Shown piece after piece: positions 17,507 to 26,700 of a stretch of DNA of 64,000 nt. Every line of letters begins with the position of its first letter. The stretch's first letter is position 1. The DNA is taken from assembly GCA_024277895.1 (NCBI GenBank), contig JAJRUH010000023.1:1210-65209 (forward strand). Direction: 5' to 3'. The notes under the pieces were generated by a model. It had not been told where the DNA came from, made no database searches, and worked only from the letters and a program-made list of their open reading frames with translations. The DNA is from Bacteroidota bacterium (GTDB taxonomy: Bacteria > Bacteroidota > Bacteroidia > Bacteroidales > JAADGE01). Both the position numbers and the translations under genes were made by a program.

Positions 17507-19696
17507 ATGAAAGCACTTCCGAAAATCAAATCATTTTATTCCTCTGTATTAAACAGTTATTCTCAAATTTTCTTTTCAGAGAATAAATTGTTTGCAGGAT
17601 TATTATTAATTGTCAGTTTCTTAGATTTTTGGGCAGGAATATTTGGTTTAATTTCGGTTTTAACCGCAAATATTACTGCTTATATTCTGGGATATTATAA
17701 AATATCAATAAAAAAAGGCTTATACGGATTTAATGCTTTATTAGTCGGTTTAGGAACCGGAATTATTTTTGAACCGAGCATAGAATTAACTGTAGTCGTT
17801 ATTTTTGCAGCTCTTCTTACTTTCTTCATTACAATTGCATTAGAGGGTTTTTTAGCTAAATATGCTCTTCCCTACTTAAGCATTCCGTTTTTATTAGGAA
17901 TTTGGGCTGTTATTCTGGCAACAAAGGATTTTAGTGCATTAGGATTATCAGAACGAAGCATATACACATACAATGAATTATATGCACTCGTCGGCAAAAA
18001 TTTGGTTAATTTATATGATTGGTTTAATAATATTCAAGGCTTTCAAAGTCTGAAGATTTATTTCTTATCCTTAGGTGCCATTTTTTTTCAAAATAATATT
18101 CTTGCCGGTATCATCATAGCATTCGGATTACTTTATTATTCCAGAATTGCCTTTTCATTATCGGTAATCGGATTTTGGTCTGCGTATTTATTTTATCAAT
18201 TAATAGGTGCGGATTTTTCAGCACTTGCATATACGTTTATTGGATTTAATTATATTTTAACATCAATAGCTGTCGGCGGATTTTTTGTAATTCCTTCTGT
18301 CAAATCATATTCTTGGACTTTGATTTTACTGCCGATTACAGTTATTCTTACGGCAAGTTTAGGACATGTTTTTACTGTCTGGCAAATTTCAATTTATTCC
18401 TTGCCCTTTAACATTATTGTTTTATTATTTATTTACGTCTTAAAATTACGTTTTAATAAGCATAACAAATTAACCGATACTTTTACCCGACAAGCCACAC
18501 CCGAACAAAGTTTATATTTATATCATACTGCTGCCGAGGAATTTAAAAATAAAAACTTTTATCCTTTAAATCTTCCTTTTAAAGGAGACTGGACTGTTAT
18601 GCAGGCTCATAACGGAAACTATACACACAAAGATAAATGGCGACATGCTTGGGATTTTGTTGTAAAAGATGACGAAGGAAAACAATATTCCGGTACCGGT
18701 GATTTTTGTAAAGACTATTATTGTTATGAGAAACCGGTATTTGCACCTGCCGGAGGATTTGTTTCCGAAATTTCAGACAACATTCCGGATAATAAAATCG
18801 GAGATATTAATACCGAACAAAATTGGGGAAATTCGATTGTAATAAAACACGGAGAATACCTTTTTACGCAAATAAGTCATTTAAAAGAAGGCAGTATCGA
18901 AATTAAAAAAGGTGAATATGTAAAAAAAGGTGATATTTTGGCAAAAGTCGGGAACTCAGGACATTCTCCTTATCCGCATATTCATTTTCAAATACAAGCA
19001 ACACCATATATCGGTTCTGAAACCTTAGATTATCCGATACACAATTTCATTGTCAAAAAAGAAAAAAAAATCGAACTTGTTGCCTTCGGAAAACCAAAAA
19101 AAGAACAGATTATTGCATCTGTAACAAGCGAAAAAATTTCGGAACATACATTACATTTCGTGCCCGGGAAAAAATTGCACGTATTATTTAACAAAACTGA
19201 GACAGAATGGATTATACGAAAAAATATTCTGAATCAAACATATATTTTTGATAAAAAAAATAACACAACAGCTTATTTTTATGAAAATGATGCGGGAATA
19301 TATTTCACAAATTTTTACGGAAATAAAAAAGCAGAATTGTTCTATTTTTTTAATGCACTTTACAATGTCAGAAAATCATTTTATAAGGGAACAAAAACAA
19401 AGTCAACTATACGTCCGGATTTATTCTTCAATAAACCGACAATGTTCATTCAAGATTTTATTGCTCCGTTTTATATCTTTTTAAAATCAAAATTCATATT
19501 AGAATATATTGAAAAAGATGATGATTTTGTTCCTGATTTCGTGAAATTAAAATCGGAAATCTCAAAAGTAATTTTTAACAGAGTAATTAATAAAATGGTT
19601 TACGATATACTCATTAATAAATCCGGAAAAATTGAAATTCGTTTTAAAAATGATAATATATTAAGCGTTGAACCGATTAAAAATCCCTTAAACTAA
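17507..19696 (+). CDS. Fusion protein: urea-transporter-family (UT) membrane domain + M23 metallopeptidase domain + about 230-aa unknown C-terminal region
   Basis: 729 aa. N-terminal about 330 aa has about 10 hydrophobic helices and the UT hallmark LNSYSQIFFSENKLFAGLLLIVSF...AGIFGLISVLTANITAYILG (compare G-x-SQV-x-F-x-x-N-x-x-x-G). Residues about 350-500 carry M23 motifs RHAWDF and GNSGHSPYPHIHFQIQ. Confidence 0.75.
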   Translation: MKALPKIKSFYSSVLNSYSQIFFSENKLFAGLLLIVSFLDFWAGIFGLISVLTANITAYILGYYKISIKKGLYGFNALLVGLGTGIIFEPSIELTVVVIFAALLTFFITIALEGFLAKYALPYLSIPFLLGIWAVILATKDFSALGLSERSIYTYNELYALVGKNLVNLYDWFNNIQGFQSLKIYFLSLGAIFFQNNILAGIIIAFGLLYYSRIAFSLSVIGFWSAYLFYQLIGADFSALAYTFIGFNYILTSIAVGGFFVIPSVKSYSWTLILLPITVILTASLGHVFTVWQISIYSLPFNIIVLLFIYVLKLRFNKHNKLTDTFTRQATPEQSLYLYHTAAEEFKNKNFYPLNLPFKGDWTVMQAHNGNYTHKDKWRHAWDFVVKDDEGKQYSGTGDFCKDYYCYEKPVFAPAGGFVSEISDNIPDNKIGDINTEQNWGNSIVIKHGEYLFTQISHLKEGSIEIKKGEYVKKGDILAKVGNSGHSPYPHIHFQIQATPYIGSETLDYPIHNFIVKKEKKIELVAFGKPKKEQIIASVTSEKISEHTLHFVPGKKLHVLFNKTETEWIIRKNILNQTYIFDKKNNTTAYFYENDAGIYFTNFYGNKKAELFYFFNALYNVRKSFYKGTKTKSTIRPDLFFNKPTMFIQDFIAPFYIFLKSKFILEYIEKDDDFVPDFVKLKSEISKVIFNRVINKMVYDILINKSGKIEIRFKNDNILSVEPIKNPLN

Positions 19697-19703
19697 ACGA
19701 CCT

Positions 19704-21023
19704 ATGAGAGCTGTAATTATTAATATTTTATTTATTTTTTTTGTTTCATTTTCTTTTGCACAAAATACAATAACTGTTCCCGCAGTTGACAAAAAAACTT
19801 ATCAGCAATATTTAAATAAAAATTGGAATGAACTTATAAAAACAGGCAAACAATCGCTTAAAAAAGGTATTGATTTTTATTATTTGCAATATCGAATGGG
19901 AATTGCATATTACGAGAAAAAGCAATATGCCCAATCGGTTAAATATTTTGAAAATATTTATACCGAAACTCCCGATGATGAATTAATTCAGGAATATCTT
20001 TATTATGCTTACTTGCTTTCAGGCAGAATTGATGATGCAAAATTACTTTCAAAATCTTTTGATAATAAGTTAACTGAAAAGTTACATATTGAAACAGAAT
20101 ATCCTTTTATAAGAGCATTATACATTGCAACACAACAAGATATAAATGAAGATTACAGCTACATTCCCAAAAGTAATGAACAGATTAATCAAAAAACCGT
20201 AACCGAAAAATCTTGGTATAATATCAGTTTAGAGCATGCAATAGGGAAAAGAATAACTGTTTTTCACGGATATTCACATTTAGAAATCAGCAATAACGTA
20301 ATAGACACCAACCCTGATTTACCGTCGGAATATACTGAAAATTTAACTCAAAACGAATATTATTTTTCTTTAAAATATCATTTAACAAAAGGATTAAATT
20401 TAACAGGTGGTTTGCATGTTCTGCATTCCGTATATTTTGCTCCCAATCCTATGCAAACATTCGGAAGAAGGCAATTCTCATCTGCCTTGTATTATTATCC
20501 CGAAACTTCAATAACCGGTTCATTAAAATTAGATAAATCTTTTTCTGTATTTAATATTTCTGCGGAGTCTTCAATTTCAAATATTAATAAAAAACTACAA
20601 ATACAACCGGCATTAAGTTTAAGAATTTATCCGTTCGGGAATGATAAATTTTATTCTGAAACAAGAGGAATATATTTATCGGAAAGAAGCAGTACCGTTT
20701 TTACTTACCATCCGGTAATTAAACAAAGTTTCGGTTTTACATTTTTAAAATATTCGTTTTTCAGTCCTTCCGTTACATACGGAGATTTAATAAATTACAC
20801 GTCTTATAATGCTTTTATCGTAAATAATGATATTGATAAAACAAAATTCCGACTTGAAAGTTATTTAAACATCGGACTTGCCAAAGGTCGGTTTAATATT
20901 TTTCTGAATTATCAATATAACATCAAAGAAAATACATTTACAATTAACGGAAGCGACTCATATAAACAATATATAAATCAATCAATTACAGGAGGAATTA
21001 AATGGTATTTCAAGAAATATTAA
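19704..21023 (+). CDS. Secreted protein with N-terminal TPR-like region and putative C-terminal beta-barrel
   Basis: 439 aa. Signal peptide MRAVIINILFIFFVSFSFAQ. TPR-like helices (YRMGIAYYEKKQYAQSVKYFENIY...). Then about 12-14 amphipathic strand-like segments ending GGIKWYFKKY with an aromatic C-terminus. Confidence 0.5.
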   Translation: MRAVIINILFIFFVSFSFAQNTITVPAVDKKTYQQYLNKNWNELIKTGKQSLKKGIDFYYLQYRMGIAYYEKKQYAQSVKYFENIYTETPDDELIQEYLYYAYLLSGRIDDAKLLSKSFDNKLTEKLHIETEYPFIRALYIATQQDINEDYSYIPKSNEQINQKTVTEKSWYNISLEHAIGKRITVFHGYSHLEISNNVIDTNPDLPSEYTENLTQNEYYFSLKYHLTKGLNLTGGLHVLHSVYFAPNPMQTFGRRQFSSALYYYPETSITGSLKLDKSFSVFNISAESSISNINKKLQIQPALSLRIYPFGNDKFYSETRGIYLSERSSTVFTYHPVIKQSFGFTFLKYSFFSPSVTYGDLINYTSYNAFIVNNDIDKTKFRLESYLNIGLAKGRFNIFLNYQYNIKENTFTINGSDSYKQYINQSITGGIKWYFKKY

Positions 21024-21040
21024 CTTTATAATTATTATAT

Positions 21041-21655
21041 ATGAAAACAATAACAAGTTTAACATTAATTTTATTTTTGAGCTTTACTCAACTTTTTGCT
21101 CAATCAAGTTCAGAAATTATTCAGGCATTCAAAATAAGCTATGCACTCGAAAAAAGCGGTTCATACAAAAAAGCAGCCGATGAATTAAAAAAAGTGTATT
21201 CAAATGAATCCTATGAAATTAATTTACGTCTCGGATGGCTCGAATATAATGCCGGATTATTTGATGAATCAGCTTCTAATTATCAAAAAGCATTAAATCT
21301 GAAGCCCTTTTCGGAAGAAGCAAAATTCGGATTAATATACCCGAAATATGCACAAGGAAAATGGGCGGAAGTCATTTCTCTTTACAAAAAGATCCTAAAA
21401 ATAAATCCTGCAAATACGACTGCAAATTATCGGCTGGGATTAATTTATTTCGGAAAAAAAGATTACACAACTGCTGTAAATTACTTTGAAAAAGTAGTTA
21501 ATCTTTACCCTTTCGGTTATGACGGGTTGTTAATGCTTGCTTGGTCCGATTATTATTTGGGAAAAACAAAGCAAGCAAAAGTTCTTTTTGAAAAGGTGTT
21601 AATGAACAGCCCCGCTGACAAATCGGCAACCGACGGTTTAAAACTTCTCAAATAA
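21041..21655 (+). CDS. Secreted tetratricopeptide-repeat protein
   Basis: 204 aa. Signal peptide MKTITSLTLILFLSFTQLFAQ and several TPR units (NYRLGLIYFGKKDYTTAVNYFEKVVNLYP...). Confidence 0.75.
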   Translation: MKTITSLTLILFLSFTQLFAQSSSEIIQAFKISYALEKSGSYKKAADELKKVYSNESYEINLRLGWLEYNAGLFDESASNYQKALNLKPFSEEAKFGLIYPKYAQGKWAEVISLYKKILKINPANTTANYRLGLIYFGKKDYTTAVNYFEKVVNLYPFGYDGLLMLAWSDYYLGKTKQAKVLFEKVLMNSPADKSATDGLKLLK

Positions 21656-21660
21656 CATAA

Positions 21661-21696
21661 AAAAGACCGTTGCTCTGTGTTCAACGGTCTTTTTTA
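21661..21696. terminator. Bidirectional intrinsic terminator
   Basis: Stem gaccgttg (21665-21672) / caacggtc (21682-21689) with a 9-nt loop, flanked by an upstream A-run and a downstream T-run. Lies between convergent genes. Confidence 0.8.
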
Positions 21697-21716
21697 TATT
21701 TTTTTATTATAAATTT

Positions 21717-22400
21717 TTATAAATTCAGTTTTGCTCTTGTAATATATTTTTCAATACCTCTGGCTTCGGCACTTTCTCTGTAATCATTTTGAATTTTTTT
21801 ATACGAATCCAAAGCATTTTGCCATTTTCCGAGTTCTTCATAAACTTGTCCTAATTTCATTAAATAAACAGGGCTTATAATTTTAGTACCCTCATCGGCT
21901 GCTTTTTTGTAATAAGATGCGGCATTTTCATAGTTACCTTTTTCTGTATAGGCATCACCAATATTTCCGTATGCGATTGCGGCTAATAATTTATCATCGG
22001 TTGAAAACTTTTTCAGATATTCAATTGCATTATCATAATCACCTATTTTATAAAATGAAATACCGGCATATAAATAAGCACCTTCAGCAACATTTGTAGC
22101 ACCGTAATCATCAATAATTTGAATAAATCCGGGATAATCACCGTCACCGTTTAAGGCTAAATTAAAAGAATCTTTTTCAAAATATTGTTGTGCGGGAAAA
22201 ACTTGCTCTAAAGCTTCTTCTTGTTGCGGCTGAATATAAAATTTCTTATACGAATAGATAATACCCACAACTATTAAAACCGCAATTGCTGCAATTGATA
22301 ATTGTTTTTGATATTTTTCAAGAAAATGTTCGGTTTTTGATAATGACTCTTCTATTGTTCCGAAACTTCCGTCTAATTTTGCTTTATCCTTCTTAGTCAT
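21717..22400 (-). CDS. Membrane-anchored TPR protein (YfgM-like architecture)
   Basis: 227 aa. A single TM segment (LSIAAIAVLIVVGIIYSY) followed by TPR units. Confidence 0.6.
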   Translation of the reverse strand: MTKKDKAKLDGSFGTIEESLSKTEHFLEKYQKQLSIAAIAVLIVVGIIYSYKKFYIQPQQEEALEQVFPAQQYFEKDSFNLALNGDGDYPGFIQIIDDYGATNVAEGAYLYAGISFYKIGDYDNAIEYLKKFSTDDKLLAAIAYGNIGDAYTEKGNYENAASYYKKAADEGTKIISPVYLMKLGQVYEELGKWQNALDSYKKIQNDYRESAEARGIEKYITRAKLNL

Positions 22401-22544
22401 AATTTATTTTCTGATTAATTTTAAGTCGCAAAAGTATAAAAAATCCTGACTGAATAAAAAAAATCAACTAAAAATAATGTTTTTTTAAATTTTTTAAAGT
22501 CCTTTGTTAAAAATTTTAAATATAAACAGGAAAAAAATAAAATA

Positions 22545-23648
22545 ATGTTCCTTCAAAATGTTAAAATAACCAATTTTAAGAATATTGAAAATGCAGAACT
22601 GATTTTTTCGGAAAAATTAAATTGTTTTACCGGAAATAACGGTTCCGGAAAAACAAATTTATTAGATGCTCTTCATTATTTATCATTTACAAAAAGTTAT
22701 TTTAATACAAGCGATTCTTTATCTGTAAAACACAATGAAACATTTTTTGTAATACAAGGAGAATTTATCAGAAATGAAAAAACAGAGAATATTTATTGTG
22801 CCTATGAAAAAGACAAGAAAAAGACAGTAAAAAGAAATGATAAAATTTACAAACGATTCTCCGAACACATCGGATTGTTACCGATTGTTACCGTTTCTCC
22901 GAGCGATGCAATTTTAGTAACCGGTACCGGCGAAGAGCGAAGAAAATACATTGATTCTGTTATTTCTCAATATGATAAGGAATATTTATATGAGTTAATA
23001 AAATACAATAAAATTCTTTCACAAAGAAACAGATTATTAAAAAATTATCTTACTTCCCGATATTTTGATGCAGATACTATTTCTGTTTATAATGAACAAC
23101 TTTCAAAATCGGGATTAAAGATTCATAAAAAAAGAAAAAGTTTTATAACTGATTTAATTCCTATTTTTAATGAATATTATGAAACGGTTTCAGGCAAAAA
23201 TGAAACAGTCAGTATAGAATATGTTTCGCATTTAAATGAAAATAATTTTCTTGAGTTATTGCATCAGACTATTGAGAAAGATAAAATTTCAGGTTACACC
23301 GGAAAAGGTATTCACAGAGATGATTTAGCCTTAAATATCAATAATTTTCAGCTTAAAAAAGCCGGTTCGCAGGGGCAGCAAAAAACTTTTTTAATTGCTC
23401 TGAAATTTTCCCAATTTCAATTTATAAAAAATGTAAGTAAAGTAAATCCTTTGCTTTTACTTGATGATATTTTTGATAAATTTGATGCACAACGAGTCAG
23501 TGAAATTATAAAACTTACAAATAATAATTTCGGTCAAATTTTTCTGACAGATACCAATCCTGAACGTGTAAAAAAGATTTTAACGGGAAAAAATCAAAAT
23601 TTCAAATTGTTTCACACCGAAAATGGAAGTTTCTCGGAAATATATTAA
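22545..23648 (+). CDS. recF: DNA replication and repair protein RecF
   Basis: 367 aa. MFLQNVKITNFKNIENAELIF, Walker A GNNGSGKTNLLDAL, signature GSQGQQKT, Walker B LLLLDDIFDKFD. Confidence 0.9.
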   Translation: MFLQNVKITNFKNIENAELIFSEKLNCFTGNNGSGKTNLLDALHYLSFTKSYFNTSDSLSVKHNETFFVIQGEFIRNEKTENIYCAYEKDKKKTVKRNDKIYKRFSEHIGLLPIVTVSPSDAILVTGTGEERRKYIDSVISQYDKEYLYELIKYNKILSQRNRLLKNYLTSRYFDADTISVYNEQLSKSGLKIHKKRKSFITDLIPIFNEYYETVSGKNETVSIEYVSHLNENNFLELLHQTIEKDKISGYTGKGIHRDDLALNINNFQLKKAGSQGQQKTFLIALKFSQFQFIKNVSKVNPLLLLDDIFDKFDAQRVSEIIKLTNNNFGQIFLTDTNPERVKKILTGKNQNFKLFHTENGSFSEIY

Positions 23649-23721
23649 AACCCGTAATAAATTAAGAATTGAACCTGCTCCGAAAAATCTGATTCCTTAG
23701 CAGACTGTCAATTTTAACTTA

Positions 23722-26700
23722 TCAATTATTTTCTTCACCCGTGTCATCCGAGTTATCTTCAAAATTATCTATTGCCGGATGTTTTCCCGTAAACTCATAA
23801 ATAAACAAATTTTTGGTTTCTTCATTTGTTAACATATAATTATATATGCCTCTGTCTGTTTTAAAGCGTTTATTTTTTGTTTTTAAATCTTCAATTATCT
23901 TATTATATTCATGAACGCTTGAAATTGTTCTCATAATACTTCCTGAAAAAGTAAAAAAGAACCATTCATTTTCTGCTGTTTCAAGATAAATATAAATTAT
24001 ATCTCCGGTTCTTCTTTTTTTAATTTGAATATGACCGTTTACATATTTATTAATCATACGATTACCAATACTTAAAACTCCTATTTTTCCGACAGATTTG
24101 TACGATTTTGAAATAGGATCCCATTTAAAATCCAAATTTGTAAAAACTAATGTTTTATTTAATTTTTCGGGAAATCTTTTCGGTTGTCCGCTGTTTACCG
24201 ACATTTCTTCGAGCATTTTATCAGTTGCTTCCACACCGAGAAGTTCATAAATGGGTTTTTTATATGAATTCTCACGCACTCTCAGCGAGTTTAAACTAAT
24301 ATTAGAAATTAATTTATCTCTTAAAATATTAAGTGCCTTTTTAGATATGAAGAAATCTAAATAAGTTAATGTTTGCATGGTAACTTCACCGGAATTTGTA
24401 TCATATCTGATATCGCCCACACCGCCTAAATCATTAATCTTAACAGATTTACTGTATTTTATATGTCCTTCGCCGTTTACGATACAATAAGTTCGGTTTA
24501 AATCTAAATAGTTACCGGGCAGAGTTCGGTTATTAAATTTTTCTAATGTTGTTATTTCATATCTGTTATTGTTTTGACTGTATGTTACATAATAACTACT
24601 GTCTCTTACAGATAAAATTGATTCGGAATTTCCGTACGGATCGGAAGAAAGAAAAACCGGGAATGTATAAATTGAATCTTTTGCAGACATAATATCCGCA
24701 TAAATTCGGGCTTTACTTGCCTCTAAATCTGAGTGTAAAAAGGGTTCTAAAGGCAAATAAATGCTATCCGGATCTATTTTCGATTTAAAATAGAACCATT
24801 TAGGTTTTGCAATATTACAAGAATGAATAATTTTTGCAAATCCTTCAAATCTCAATCGGTCTTTTGAAGCATTAAAATATACATCACCGTAATAATCAAA
24901 CCACGGATTCAACTTAAATTTCTCATATTGTTCTACAAACCCATGTGCTACAGATGCACCTTTTTGCTGATCATAAGTAATGTTATCAAAATTAATATTC
25001 TCGAGTTTACCGTTCATATCTTCATACTGATAAATACCGGATGATGCAACATATGTTTTACTGCTGCTGATTTTTATATCAACGTCTGAAATATTATGCA
25101 AACCACGTGCTTTAACTGTTGTTTTCAGAAGCTTTTCCATATCACCGTTCTTATCGATAATCACATCACTGCTCGGCGTTACAACAATATCGGCAACAAT
25201 AATTTTTTGTACATCTTTCACTATTATTTTATGATTTCCGGTGTAGTAATTTGCAACACTTCCGAAAAACATTAATGAATCTTTACCCGGGTCTGTTGAG
25301 ATAAATTTCATATTTCCGTAATCAGGCATAAACAAGGATTTATCAAATCGGCAAATATCAATAAGGTAAGCACTGTCAAGAAGTTGTGCTTCTCTTGAAA
25401 ATTTCGGATTGGTAAATCTGTTCATATTGTATCCCATATTAATTTTTCCTTCCCCGGTATGCCAAACCAGGTGATTAGGATAACTGATATATTTATCATT
25501 AACAAATTCAACTGATGATTTTTCACCTTTAATTTTTGCAAAAACTGCTTTTCCTGATTTAATATCAACAAAAGATTTCATATTATTGATTATAACATCC
25601 TTTATTTCAGAGTTCTTTTCCTTTATTGATATATTTGCTTTATCCGAAAACAAAGATTCTTTATTAAATACAAAATCATCTGCAGTAATAATCCCCTCGC
25701 CTAATTTAAAATTGCCTTTACCGGTTAAAGATTTTGGTCTGTATTCAAATTCTCCTTCAAAACTGCTCTTTCCGTCATACATTTTAACCGGATTATCTTT
25801 TGTTGTTTTATACCTCACAACATCATTTACGGCATCCCAAACAGTAGAGACCATTTTACCGTGAACTTCAGGAAATTCGGCATATGTATCTTCATTAATA
25901 TATTTACTTATATCAATTTGATCTGCTAATGCCGTTAAAGAATCCGGATACAAATTAAAATCTTTTGTAGTAATTGTAGTATTATTCCATTTAGCTACAC
26001 CGTTTGCCACCAAGCCGTCATTACTTAACTTTATAAATGAACGCAAGGTACTGTTCCGTGCAGATAATGAAACTTTTCCGTTAAATAAATCAATACCTTC
26101 TTTTGGCGTTTGATGGATAAATCCGAGGGAATAATCTTTTTGAACTGTCAGAGTGTCTTCAAAATCCGGAACGATACCTCCGGTAATCATTTTTCCCGGA
26201 ATCTTTAAATTATATTTTGTAAGATATAATAAACTGTCATGTTTAAAAGGATAATTCTTAAAATAAAATCTTTCTCTCTTATATGCATCTGCGTGTTTAC
26301 TTCTTCTGTCATAATATACATAAGATGTATCCTGACATTTAAACAGGGGAAATTTCGGGATATTTTTAGCTCCGGACTTATTTGTTTTTAGATCAATTTG
26401 AATTAAACCTGAAATATTTTCGATAGCAGAAGTCAGAAAAACCGGCTTATCTTTTTCGGAAGTTTCGGAAAAATCTTTGTCCCATATACGATAAACCAAA
26501 GAATCACCTTTATTAATATGTATATCATAATTTTCATAATTAAAATAAAAATCTTTGCCGTAAAAATCTGCCATCCCTGTTCTTAATCTTCCGGAAAAAT
26601 ACATATCTCTGTTTTTTCCGATAACAAATATCTTATTTGACGGAACAAAGCCGACTTTTTTTCGTTTATTCAGTATAACTTGATTGACCCCGAAAACTGT

